Part shown: in pieces, positions 47,975 through 56,986 of the stretch
How positions within the stretch are numbered: position 1 is the first letter of the stretch
How the letters are laid out: the number at the start of each line of letters is the position of its first letter
Assembly (NCBI GenBank): GCA_963662465.1
Contig: OY759599.1
Coordinates: 5,696,001 to 5,760,000, forward strand
Length of the DNA stretch: 64,000 bases
Source of the DNA: Desulfatiglandales bacterium
GTDB taxonomy: Bacteria > Desulfobacterota > DSM-4660 > Desulfatiglandales > Desulfatiglandaceae
Direction of reading: 5' to 3'
Notes under the pieces: model-generated
What the model saw: only the letters and a program-made list of their open reading frames with translations
Database searches by the model: none
Told to the model about the DNA's origin: nothing
Position numbers and translations under genes: made by a program

Positions 47975-48361
47975 TTACAGGCTTCCTTCACTGCAGGTGG
48001 TGTCGAATCCGCCCCTTGTGTTGTAAATGGTGGTGATTTTTAACCGGCTCGTTTTTAAAATCCGGCTCAAATCATCATATATCCGTTTGGTGACCCCCTC
48101 CTGAAAAAGGCCCACATTTTTAAAACTGACCACATAATATTTTAAGGATTTCAGTTCGATGCATAAGCCCCCTTTCGGATAATATTCAATGATCAATCGC
48201 CCCACATCGGGGAGGCCGCTGAAGGGGCAGCAGGCGATGAATTCCCGGGTTTCGGTTTTGATGTATTGATGAGGACTGTCAAACGCAAAGGTCTCCAGAA
48301 AATCGGTTCTGATGTTGTCGGGACTTTCCCACTGGAAAATCTTTCCTTCCGCCTCGATCAT
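47975..48361 (-). CDS. queF: NADPH-dependent preQ0 reductase (preQ1 synthase), short type
   Basis: CPFSGLPD (catalytic Cys/Asp), QueF motif ELKSLKYY and NTRGG. ATG 48361 after AAGGAG. Confidence 0.85.
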   Translation of the reverse strand: MIEAEGKIFQWESPDNIRTDFLETFAFDSPHQYIKTETREFIACCPFSGLPDVGRLIIEYYPKGGLCIELKSLKYYVVSFKNVGLFQEGVTKRIYDDLSRILKTSRLKITTIYNTRGGFDTTCSEGSL

Positions 48362-48414
48362 ATGGCTAAATCTCCTTTTTCGGATGCACGGGCAAGGCAT
48401 CCGGTTTTTTCAAT

Positions 48415-48441
48415 GGACAGACACATGGGTCTGCCCCCTTC
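48415..48441. repeat. Degenerate GTAG-type REP
   Basis: Minus strand GAAGGGGGCAGACCCATGTGTCTGTCC, similar to the 9149/9207 copies. Confidence 0.55.
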
Positions 48442-48623
48442 GTATAAGGGCACGCCCGCTATCCATACCCTATCCTCATGGAAAAGCCAATGCGAATTAG
48501 CAGAAAAAAAACCTTGAATTGTTTTTAAAAGCATGTCATAAGCAAATTTCAATCTAACGAATTCTAAAGATTCTAAAGGAATTTAGCGGCGTGTCTTCTT
48601 TTCGTAGCCAGCGAACCATCGGT

Positions 48624-48710
48624 ATGTTTCACATGTTAAACGAGGCGGCAGCATTAATCGCGGCAGCCGCGGACGTGCCCGTGGCTCTGGGAGAGGCGTC
48701 GATGGCATAA
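48624..48710 (+). CDS. Putative alanine-rich leader peptide
   Basis: MFHMLNEAAALIAAAADVPVALGEASMA* has 10 Ala in 28 codons (alternative start at 48633). It lies directly before attenuator hairpins and an AlaA-like gene; its RBS is weak. Confidence 0.68.
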   Translation: MFHMLNEAAALIAAAADVPVALGEASMA

Positions 48711-48730
48711 ACCATCAACAAAACCAACCA

Positions 48731-48792
48731 GGGCCGCGGGCGTTTTCGCGGCCGTTTTTTTGAGGGGCTGCTTGAATTTGCAGCCCCTTTTT
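48731..48792 (+). terminator. Tandem attenuator/terminator hairpins in the aminotransferase leader
   Basis: GGCCGCGGG-CGTT-TTCGCGGCC-G-T7, then AGGGGCTGC-TTGAATTT-GCAGCCCCT-TTTT. Confidence 0.75.
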
Positions 48793-48831
48793 CGTGGATA
48801 CAAGGGATTTTTAAAGAGGGAGGGAAAACTT

Positions 48832-50142
48832 ATGCGAACCGAGATTGTTCACATCGGCGCCAGCGAATTGACCTATGAAATCAGAGAGATCATGCAGGTG
48901 GTGGAAAAATTGACGGACATGGGTCTTAAGGTCACCCTGGAGAACATCGGGGACCCCGTGGCCAAGGGTGAAAGAATTCCCAAATGGTTAAAAGGGATTA
49001 TCGCGGATCTGGCCATGGAAGACGACTCCTACGCTTACAGTGCTACCTTGGGCGTATTGGAAACGCGGGAGTATCTGGCGGCCAAAACCAACCGTAAAAA
49101 CGGGGTCCATGTGGACCGGAAAGATATCCTTTTTTTTAATGGTCTCGGGGATGCCATCACCAAGGTGTACGGCTTCCTGCGCCGTACCGCCAGGGTCATT
49201 ACCCCGACACCCACCTACACGACCCATTCGTCCTCGGAAGCCGCCCATGCGGGGCTCCCCCCCGTGTGCTATCCACTCAATCCCCGGAATCAGTGGTATC
49301 CGGACGTGGTGGAATTGCGGCGGCGGGTCAAATACAATCCCGCCGTGTCCGCCATCCTGATCATCAATCCGGACAACCCCACGGGAATGGTCTACCCGGA
49401 GAACATCCTGGCGGAAATCGTTTCCATTGCCCGAGATTTCGATCTGTTTATCATCGCGGACGAAATTTACCAGAATCTCATTTATAACGGCCATCAAAGC
49501 AAATCTCTGTCCGAAGTGATCGGAGATGTGCCGGGCATTTCCATGAAAGGCATTTCAAAGGAGGTTCCCTGGCCGGGAGGTCGTTGCGGATGGATGGAAG
49601 TCTACAATGCGGACAAGGACCCCATGTTTGCCGACTACATCAAAAGCATCGTCAATGCGAAAATGGTGGAGGTCTGTTCCACGACACTCCCGCAAAAGGC
49701 CATCCCCAGGATTTTTGAACATCCCGCCTACGCGGACCATCTCGTGAAACGCCGCGGGCGCTATGAACATTTTTCAGAAATTGCTTATGAAAAACTGAAA
49801 GGCATCCCCGGCATTATGGTCAACCGGACCAATGGCGCTTTCTATATGACCGTGGTTTTCGAAGAAGGGAGGATAAACCAACACCAGACCCTGCCCATTG
49901 CCGATGTCAAAGTTCGGGAACTGATCGAAAATTTAACCACCACCGGTAAAAAGATGCAGCCGGACAAGCGCTTTGTCTATTACCTGCTGGGGGCAACGGG
50001 TATTTGCTTGGTTCCACTGACCTCTTTCAGTTCTGATTTGCAGGGATTTCGGATAACCCTGCTGGAAACCGACGAAGCCAAATTTACCAAAACCTTTGAT
50101 ATCCTTTCGGAGAACATCAAACGATATCTGGCATCGGAATAA
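48832..50142 (+). CDS. PLP-dependent class I aminotransferase, AlaA-like (alanine transaminase)
   Basis: YEIRE...ENIGDP, WYPD, IINPDNPTG, ADEIY and GISK...PGGRCGW parallel E. coli AlaA motifs (YDIRG, NIGNP, WFPD, INPNNPTG). ATG 48832 after a GAGGGAGG RBS. Confidence 0.85.
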   Translation: MRTEIVHIGASELTYEIREIMQVVEKLTDMGLKVTLENIGDPVAKGERIPKWLKGIIADLAMEDDSYAYSATLGVLETREYLAAKTNRKNGVHVDRKDILFFNGLGDAITKVYGFLRRTARVITPTPTYTTHSSSEAAHAGLPPVCYPLNPRNQWYPDVVELRRRVKYNPAVSAILIINPDNPTGMVYPENILAEIVSIARDFDLFIIADEIYQNLIYNGHQSKSLSEVIGDVPGISMKGISKEVPWPGGRCGWMEVYNADKDPMFADYIKSIVNAKMVEVCSTTLPQKAIPRIFEHPAYADHLVKRRGRYEHFSEIAYEKLKGIPGIMVNRTNGAFYMTVVFEEGRINQHQTLPIADVKVRELIENLTTTGKKMQPDKRFVYYLLGATGICLVPLTSFSSDLQGFRITLLETDEAKFTKTFDILSENIKRYLASE

Positions 50143-50157
50143 TGCCCAAGGACACCA

Positions 50158-50697
50158 TCAGGGCACGTAGAGGATGACCAGCAGCTCGGCATCCACTTCG
50201 CCGGGGTTGGAAAGATGATGATCAACGTTGGCATTAAAACGATAGGACTCTTTTTGACTCAGGCGGTGTTTTTCCTTGTCCACGAGAAGCGTGACTTCTC
50301 CTGAAACCACATACACAAACTCCTCGCCCTCATGCTGATAGCCGACCCCTTCGTGTTCTGTTCTGGGGGGAATGGTCACGGAAAAAGCCATCAAGTGCTT
50401 ATCGGCTTCGGCCGGTGTGAGGGTTCTGTATGAATAGGCCTGGGTCCGTTTGGCGGCTTCCTTCAGGCGTCTTTCGGGCGAATCATCCATCAAGAGGAAC
50501 GCCCCGGCATCAAGGTTCATGGTTTTGGCGATCTGGAGCAGAAGGGCAACAGGGGGTTCCACCTGCCCATTCTCAACCCATTCCAGATACTCGTCCGAGC
50601 AACCCACCCGGCCGGCCAGTTCGGATAGGTCAATGCCTCTTTCCTGACGCGCCGTTTTAATCCGCCCTCCCACGGGCATGATATCTTCGTTTGTCAT
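50158..50697 (-). CDS. XRE-family HTH + cupin transcriptional regulator
   Basis: GGRIKTARQERGIDLSELA HTH; cupin motif HEGEEFVYVVSG. Confidence 0.9.
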   Translation of the reverse strand: MTNEDIMPVGGRIKTARQERGIDLSELAGRVGCSDEYLEWVENGQVEPPVALLLQIAKTMNLDAGAFLLMDDSPERRLKEAAKRTQAYSYRTLTPAEADKHLMAFSVTIPPRTEHEGVGYQHEGEEFVYVVSGEVTLLVDKEKHRLSQKESYRFNANVDHHLSNPGEVDAELLVILYVP

Positions 50698-50716
50698 TTC
50701 CTGATATCCTTATCTA

Positions 50717-50745
50717 GTGCCTGAACGAAAACCTTGTTCAGGCAC
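50717..50745. terminator. Inverted repeat downstream of glgB (possible terminator or repeat remnant)
   Basis: GTGCCTGAAC-N9-GTTCAGGCAC. Confidence 0.4.
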
Positions 50746-50785
50746 GGTTTTAAGTTTTAAGTAAAAAAACGAAACCATATCATCG

Positions 50786-52858
50786 CTACCGCTCTTCATT
50801 TCCAGAATTATAGGGCCCAGGTTCTTCGGTGTCAATGGCCTTTGCAAGCACCAGCACCGTGCGCGTGGGAAGATAGAGGCTCAAAGCGTGCCTGTTTTCC
50901 CCCGTTGTTTCGAAAGCGGTAAAATGCCGCTGACCCCGGCGCAACCGGCCGTGACCGCCGTATTCCAGTGCGTCGCTATCCATGATCATCCGATATTCGC
51001 CCGGGGCCATTTCAATGGGATAATCCTTATGGGAACAGGTGGGATGAAAATTGAAGACAAACACCAGCCCGCCCCGCTCAAATGCCAGGACCTTGTGATC
51101 GGAATGTTCGAGCAAAAGGTGTGGCCCCGTCGAACCCAGAAGACGGAAAGCCTTGGCCAGCGCAATCATATGACGATCAAATCGCCCCAAAACCCCATAT
51201 CTCAAATCCGGATTGTCCACGAGGCCCCATTGCCGTCTGGCATGTTCGTAGGACCACCCATTTCCCTCCCGGGGAAAATCAATCCAATCCGGATGTCCGA
51301 ACTCATTGCCCATGAAATTGAGATAACCGTTACCGGCGGTCACAAGCGTAATGAATCTCAGCAACTTGTGAAGGGCCATTCCCCTGTCCACAACCAGGCT
51401 ATCGCCGCCCACCTGCATGTGGTCATAAAGGGCCGATCCCATAAGCCGCAATATCAGGGTCTTATCCCCCACCAGGGCCTGATCATGACTCTCGGCATAA
51501 CCGATGGTTTTTTCATCCATCCTTCGATTGGTCAACTCGTACCACATCTCTCCCAGGGGCCAGTCTTCATCCAGCCGTTCTTTCAGGATTTTGATCCAGA
51601 AATCCGGGACGCCCATGGCCAGTCGATAATCAAATCCCATACCGCCCGCTTCCCTGGGCGCGGCCAGGCCCGGCATGCCGCTGATATCCTCGGCGATGGT
51701 GACGGCACTGGGTCGGATATTATGAATCAGTTCATTAGCCAGGGTCAGATAGGTGAGGGCGTCCTCGTCCACGGCGTCGTTAAAATAATCGGCATAGGAG
51801 ATGAAGGCTTTTCCCAACCCATGATGACGGTAAAGCATACTGGTAATGCCGTCAAAACGGAACCCGTCAAAATGATATTCATCCAGCCAGAATCGGCAGT
51901 TGGAAAGGAGAAAGTGGATCACCTGGGGTTTCGCGTAATTAAAACAGCGGGACCCCCAGGCCTCATGGGTTCCCCGCGCCCCTTCATGAAAATACTGGTA
52001 CGATGTTCCGTCGAAACGACTCAACCCCTCCACTTCATTAGCCACTGCATGGGAATGAACCAGGTCCATAATCACGGACAGACCTAAATCATGGGCGTGG
52101 TCAATCAGGGCCTTCAGGTCTTCCGGAGAACCAAATCGGGATGATGCGGCAAAAAAGCTGGAGACATGATAGCCGAAGGAAGCATAATAGGGATGCTCCT
52201 GAATGCCCATCAGTTGCAGGGCATTATATCCCGCCTCAACAACCCTCGGCAGGATGTACTCGGTAAATTCACGATATGAGCCGACTTTTTTTTCTTCCTG
52301 GGCCATGCCCACATGGGCCTCATAGATAAAAACAGGCCCCGGAGCGGGAACAAAATCATTGGCCGCCCACCGGTAGGATTCAGGTGGAAACCACACCTGG
52401 GCATTGAAGATGAGGGACTCCGGATCCTGCACCACCCGCCTGGCATAGGCGGGAATACGGTCCCCTTCCCCGCCTTTCCAGTGCATGCGAAGCCTGTAAT
52501 GCATTTTGTGAACAAGAATTTCAGCCGGAAACCTAATTTCCCAAACGCCTTCTTGATCAATTCTTTCAAGTTCGAAGGTCTTTGTTTCCCGCCAATCCGT
52601 CATGTCGCCCACAAAAAAGAGAGCCGTTGCATTGGGCGCCCATTCCCGAAAGACCCAGTGGTCCCCGCGAAAATGAAGCCCGAAGAATTCGTGACCCGAT
52701 GCAAAATCCCCCAGACCGATCTTTCCCCCCCGGGTCAGGCGGAGAGCTGCCAGATCCACATGCCGCATTCGCGTCTGAATAATTTCCTCGTAAGGCCGCA
52801 GATACGGATCATTCCGCAATTCGCAATCCGCAATTCGCAATGTCTTTTTTTCAGTCAT
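50786..52858 (-). CDS. glgB: 1,4-alpha-glucan branching enzyme (GH13_8, eukaryote/Bacteroidota-like)
   Basis: FREWAPNA, YEAHVGM, DGFRFDGITSMLY, AEDISGMPG, YAESHDQALVGDKT and NFMGNEFGHPDWIDFPR. Confidence 0.93.
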   Translation of the reverse strand: MTEKKTLRIADCELRNDPYLRPYEEIIQTRMRHVDLAALRLTRGGKIGLGDFASGHEFFGLHFRGDHWVFREWAPNATALFFVGDMTDWRETKTFELERIDQEGVWEIRFPAEILVHKMHYRLRMHWKGGEGDRIPAYARRVVQDPESLIFNAQVWFPPESYRWAANDFVPAPGPVFIYEAHVGMAQEEKKVGSYREFTEYILPRVVEAGYNALQLMGIQEHPYYASFGYHVSSFFAASSRFGSPEDLKALIDHAHDLGLSVIMDLVHSHAVANEVEGLSRFDGTSYQYFHEGARGTHEAWGSRCFNYAKPQVIHFLLSNCRFWLDEYHFDGFRFDGITSMLYRHHGLGKAFISYADYFNDAVDEDALTYLTLANELIHNIRPSAVTIAEDISGMPGLAAPREAGGMGFDYRLAMGVPDFWIKILKERLDEDWPLGEMWYELTNRRMDEKTIGYAESHDQALVGDKTLILRLMGSALYDHMQVGGDSLVVDRGMALHKLLRFITLVTAGNGYLNFMGNEFGHPDWIDFPREGNGWSYEHARRQWGLVDNPDLRYGVLGRFDRHMIALAKAFRLLGSTGPHLLLEHSDHKVLAFERGGLVFVFNFHPTCSHKDYPIEMAPGEYRMIMDSDALEYGGHGRLRRGQRHFTAFETTGENRHALSLYLPTRTVLVLAKAIDTEEPGPYNSGNEER
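52813..52840. repeat. Heptamer tandem repeat within the glgB 5' end
   Basis: TCCGCAA TTCGCAA TCCGCAA TTCGCAA; encodes LRIADCELR on the minus strand. Confidence 0.7.
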
Positions 52859-54365
52859 TGATCAAGGGCCGCTCCAGCATCCGTTCGTAAAGATCCATAT
52901 ACCGGCGCGCGGTAACGGAATGATTAAAGGTGGCCATACCCTCTCTCATCACCCGGGCGATTTCCCTGTTTTTCACATCCCCGGGGAGATTATGGAACGA
53001 AACCGCCTGGTCAATGGCCCACGACAAACCGTTGGGGTCGAAGGTCTCAAACAAAAAACCGTTTCCCGTTCCACGATCCACATTCATGTGAACCACGGTG
53101 TCGTGAATGCCGCCCGTATCATGGGCAACCGGCAGGGATCCGTAAATGGGGCCGATCATCTGGGGAAGACCACACGGTTCAAACAATGACGGCATCAGCA
53201 CAAAATCAGACGCGCCATAGGCCAGACGGGAAAGCGTTTCATCAAAATCGCAAATGGCCACCCGGTCCGGCAGATGATGATGCCAGCTGATCTCACGAAA
53301 AATATTTTTAGACTCACCGTCCGCCACAAATACGATCTGCAAGTGTCGATCCCAGTACCGATTCACCACATCATACAAAATATGGGCCAGGAGCCCACAG
53401 CCTTTTTGAACCGTGTCCAACCGCGACGGCCAGAAAAAGAGGGGGGCATCATCGTCCTCAAAAAGTCCCAGGGCCCTCTGGAGCGCCCTTTTGTTTTCCC
53501 TCTTCCCCACCCCATGGGTGTTTGCATCATATTTGCAGTTTAATCTTCTGTCCAGTTTGGGATCGAAGGTCGGATCCGGGGCATTGGTAATCCCCGCGGC
53601 GCATCCTGCTTCATATTTGGCGGTCAGTTCTTTTCGAAGGGATTCTTTGACAAAATCATGCTGTCCGCCGACAATTTCAGCCAAAAATGTCTCGCTCACG
53701 GTGTTGACAAAATGCGCGGCAAAAACACCGCTCGCCAGAAAATCCACCTGATTATGTCGACGCACCTGCTCGTAATCGGAAGGGTAACCATCATAGAAAA
53801 GGTGTTTCCAGAAAGATGCCGCATCAATACCCTGATCTTCAATGTAATGCATCGGACGCTGTAGGGTATGGATGTTGTGAATGGTAAAAAGACAGGGTAT
53901 TTCCTGCTGCCTGGCCATGGCTGGAATCAGGCCGGTCATCCAGTCGTTGCAGTGAATCAGGTCAGGTTGCACTCGCGGAACAATGTTGTTGATCACTTCC
54001 CGTTGAAACGCCAGCGAAATTTTTGCGTTTTCATCCCCGTAATCGGAATATACCCGGTTCAGATAAAAAAAAGCGCGGTCTTCGGCCAGGTGAATTCGTT
54101 CAGCGGGCATTTTCCGCCGAATGGCATCCAGCTTCTTGATTTGAAGAGGCGCAATGCCGGCGCCGAACATACTTCGATAATCGGGCAACGCCACGTGAAT
54201 ATCGGCCCCCTCTTCAAACAGAGCGCTGATAAGGGTGGCTGAGACATCGGCGAGTCCCCCCGCCTTGGCCGAAAGATTATCCGCAATATCCCCCATCCCC
54301 TTGGGGAGGTACGTCACTTCAGGTGTAACCAGGAGAATGGTGGGGTTGGCCTGAAACGTACTCAT
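52851..54365 (-). CDS. glgA: Glycogen/starch synthase (GT5)
   Basis: KAGGLADV, IHCNDW, FTIHN, SRL..QKG and MPSLFEPCGLPQM. ATG 54365 after AAGGAG. Confidence 0.88.
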   Translation of the reverse strand: MSTFQANPTILLVTPEVTYLPKGMGDIADNLSAKAGGLADVSATLISALFEEGADIHVALPDYRSMFGAGIAPLQIKKLDAIRRKMPAERIHLAEDRAFFYLNRVYSDYGDENAKISLAFQREVINNIVPRVQPDLIHCNDWMTGLIPAMARQQEIPCLFTIHNIHTLQRPMHYIEDQGIDAASFWKHLFYDGYPSDYEQVRRHNQVDFLASGVFAAHFVNTVSETFLAEIVGGQHDFVKESLRKELTAKYEAGCAAGITNAPDPTFDPKLDRRLNCKYDANTHGVGKRENKRALQRALGLFEDDDAPLFFWPSRLDTVQKGCGLLAHILYDVVNRYWDRHLQIVFVADGESKNIFREISWHHHLPDRVAICDFDETLSRLAYGASDFVLMPSLFEPCGLPQMIGPIYGSLPVAHDTGGIHDTVVHMNVDRGTGNGFLFETFDPNGLSWAIDQAVSFHNLPGDVKNREIARVMREGMATFNHSVTARRYMDLYERMLERPLIND

Positions 54366-54369
54366 AAGC

Positions 54370-56946
54370 CTATGGCTCCTTTTCAAACCGTGCCCAGGTG
54401 GTAAAGCCGGGCGTATTTTTGATGAGATCATCGCCTTGGGGCGTTACCCGGGCCGAAAAACCATATTGGCCCGACGACTGGCAGGTTAAATCACAGGTGT
54501 ACAGGTATGACCCATTGCCTTTGTTTTCTCTCACCGTCATCAATTCGGTGCGACTTTCTGAAATATGGTCAAGGGATTGAACGCTTCCATGATAGAGTTC
54601 CACATGGACCTCATCGGGGGTCAACTCCCCAAGATGCACCAGGGCTGTAACGGGAAACACGTCCCCCACACGGATGGGATTGGTACTAGTCCTCTCGCAC
54701 ACGGGCGGTGAAATTACAATATCGCCCCATTTGGAACGATACCGCTCACGAAGGTCCGCCATTTTTTGTGCCCCCGCCGCATTCTGATCCAACAGCTCGC
54801 CATATCTCCGGGAGGCCCTGGCATAGAATCTTTTCTCATACTCTTCCACCATCCGAAGGCTTGAAAAATCGGACAAAATCATTTTCATGGATGCCTTCAT
54901 CATCTTGACCCACCGAAAGGGCACCGAACCGCCCTCTCTGTCGTAAAAACATGGAATCACTTCGTTTTCCAAGACGTTGTAGAGGGCATGGCTGTCCACC
55001 AGATCCGTATCGGAATGTTCTTCATAATCCTCGCCCTTTCCGATGGCCCAGCCGGTCTCCTTTGTGTATCCTTCGCACCACCAGCCGTCCAGAATGCTCA
55101 CATTCAAAACACCGTTTACCGCCGCTTTCATGCCGGACGTACCGCAGGCCTCAAAGGGCCGCCTCGGCGTATTCAGCCAGATATCGGCCCCCTGGACCAG
55201 GAGCCTGGCAATATGAATGTCATAGTCTTCCAAAAAAACAATTTTACGGCGTAACCGCTCATCGGATGCATGCTTGAAGATGTGTCGAATGATCGCTTTA
55301 CCCTCTTCATCCATGGGATGCGCCTTTCCCGCATAAATAATCTGTACCGGACGGTTCTTGTTGTCGAGAATTTCGCTCAGGCGATCCAGATCACGAAGGA
55401 AAAGATTGGCCCGTTTGTAGGTGGCAAAACGGCGGGCAAAGGCAATGGTCAACACATCCTCGTCCAAAACCGTTTCAGCCGCTTCCACCACATTCCTCGG
55501 CGCATTTCTCCGCTCACACTGTTTTTTGAGCAAAACCCTGCAATTCTCAATCAAACGATTTCGGTATCGTTTGTGCGCTTCCCATAGATCCACATCACTA
55601 ATGCCGTCAATTTCATTCAAGCTCTGCCCCTTCCAAGAATAGCGGTGCCAGTTCATCCCCAGTCGCTCTTGAAAAAGCATGGCGTTGTCCCGGGATATGA
55701 AAGAAGGAATATGGATGCCGTTTGTGACATGCCCGATGGGGATCTCCGCTTCGGGCCGTTCGGGCCAGACATTCCGCCACATGCGTCTCGCTACCTGACC
55801 ATGGAGTTCGCTGACGCCATTCATGTACTGGCTCATCCGCAAGCCCAAAATAAACATGGAGAGCTTGCTCTCTTTCCCAGCCCCTTCGTGCTGTCCCCAG
55901 AACAGAATTTCATCCGTGGAAACGCCCAATCGTGCCTCAAATTGATGCAGATAGGGTCTGACCATCTCCGGTGCAAACTCATCATGTCCCGCGGGAACCG
56001 GCGTGTGGGTGGTAAAGACCGTGGTGCGGGGAATAATTTCCCTGGCCGTTCGAAGGTCAACGCCTGAAACCTCCCTCATCTGCGCCAGCCGTTCCAGGGA
56101 GGAAAATACCGGATGCCCCTCATTCATATGAAAAGCCCTGGGTCGAATCCCCATGGCCTTCAAGGCCTGAACGCCGCCGATTCCCAGCAGAATCTCCTGG
56201 GCAAGGCGAACCGATGAGTCCGCGACATACAGCCTGGCGGTAATATCCCGAATATGGGGGGGATTCTCGCGCAAATTGGTGTCCAGCAGATAAAGGGGAA
56301 TGCGGCCCACGGAAACTTTCCAGACCACGGCCCGGATATCCTCCGTCGGCCCGGGAATCGTGATGAGTATTTCATGACCCTGTTCATCACGAATTTTTTC
56401 CAGGGGAAGATGGTACAGATCCGTGTCGAGATACTCCTCAAGCTGCCACCCGTCCTTGTTGATGCGCTGATGAAAGTATCCCTGCCGATAAAAAAGGCCT
56501 ACCCCCACAAGGGGTAAATTCAGGACGGAAGCCGCCTTGAGGTGGTCGCCGGCGAGAATCCCCAGCCCCCCCGCAAAAATGGGAATGGTTTCGTGAATGC
56601 CGAACTCCATGGAAAAGTAGGCAATATCGCCTTCCCGTTCATATGCCGCTCCGGGTTCAGCTGTAAATGGCGTTTTTACCCTTGTCTCAAAAAGCGCCTT
56701 TACGCGGGCCTGGTGGTCCAGAAATCCGGGATCCGTTGCCAGGGCCTCGAGTCGTCTTTGCGGTACATTGGCCAGGAGTAGAACCGGATTCCGGCCGGAA
56801 TTTTCCCAGAGCTCCCAACCGATGCGGCGAAACAACTCTTTGGCATCCTGCTCCCAGCTCCACCAGTAATTTCGGGACAGGGTCTCAAGAAAAGAAAGGG
56901 GCTCGGGAATATTCGGCAACACCTGAAAAGTTTCAAAATGGTCCAT
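54370..56946 (-). CDS. glgP: Alpha-glucan (glycogen) phosphorylase
   Basis: YFSMEFG, GGLGILAGDHLK, HMNEGH, ARRFATYKRA and the PLP-Lys motif EACGTSGMK. Confidence 0.95.
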   Translation of the reverse strand: MDHFETFQVLPNIPEPLSFLETLSRNYWWSWEQDAKELFRRIGWELWENSGRNPVLLLANVPQRRLEALATDPGFLDHQARVKALFETRVKTPFTAEPGAAYEREGDIAYFSMEFGIHETIPIFAGGLGILAGDHLKAASVLNLPLVGVGLFYRQGYFHQRINKDGWQLEEYLDTDLYHLPLEKIRDEQGHEILITIPGPTEDIRAVVWKVSVGRIPLYLLDTNLRENPPHIRDITARLYVADSSVRLAQEILLGIGGVQALKAMGIRPRAFHMNEGHPVFSSLERLAQMREVSGVDLRTAREIIPRTTVFTTHTPVPAGHDEFAPEMVRPYLHQFEARLGVSTDEILFWGQHEGAGKESKLSMFILGLRMSQYMNGVSELHGQVARRMWRNVWPERPEAEIPIGHVTNGIHIPSFISRDNAMLFQERLGMNWHRYSWKGQSLNEIDGISDVDLWEAHKRYRNRLIENCRVLLKKQCERRNAPRNVVEAAETVLDEDVLTIAFARRFATYKRANLFLRDLDRLSEILDNKNRPVQIIYAGKAHPMDEEGKAIIRHIFKHASDERLRRKIVFLEDYDIHIARLLVQGADIWLNTPRRPFEACGTSGMKAAVNGVLNVSILDGWWCEGYTKETGWAIGKGEDYEEHSDTDLVDSHALYNVLENEVIPCFYDREGGSVPFRWVKMMKASMKMILSDFSSLRMVEEYEKRFYARASRRYGELLDQNAAGAQKMADLRERYRSKWGDIVISPPVCERTSTNPIRVGDVFPVTALVHLGELTPDEVHVELYHGSVQSLDHISESRTELMTVRENKGNGSYLYTCDLTCQSSGQYGFSARVTPQGDDLIKNTPGFTTWARFEKEP

Positions 56947-56986
56947 CTCTGTTTTACCTCATAAAAGGTTTTTTTTAATAAAGGAA

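Noticed and set aside
48362..48480. preQ1 riboswitch upstream of queF
   Set aside because: Hairpins are present, but none matches the preQ1 aptamer pattern I know, and one is a degenerate REP.
50866..50905. ENRHALSL in GlgB as a second in-frame REP
   Set aside because: The DNA is not palindromic and does not match the REP; the peptide fits the normal LSLYLP end of branching enzymes.
50888..52087. 399-aa plus-strand ORF and similar long antisense ORFs (e.g. 41114-42064, 17233-17907, 62422-63162)
   Set aside because: They lie entirely opposite well-supported genes and have no recognisable motifs; they are shadow frames.
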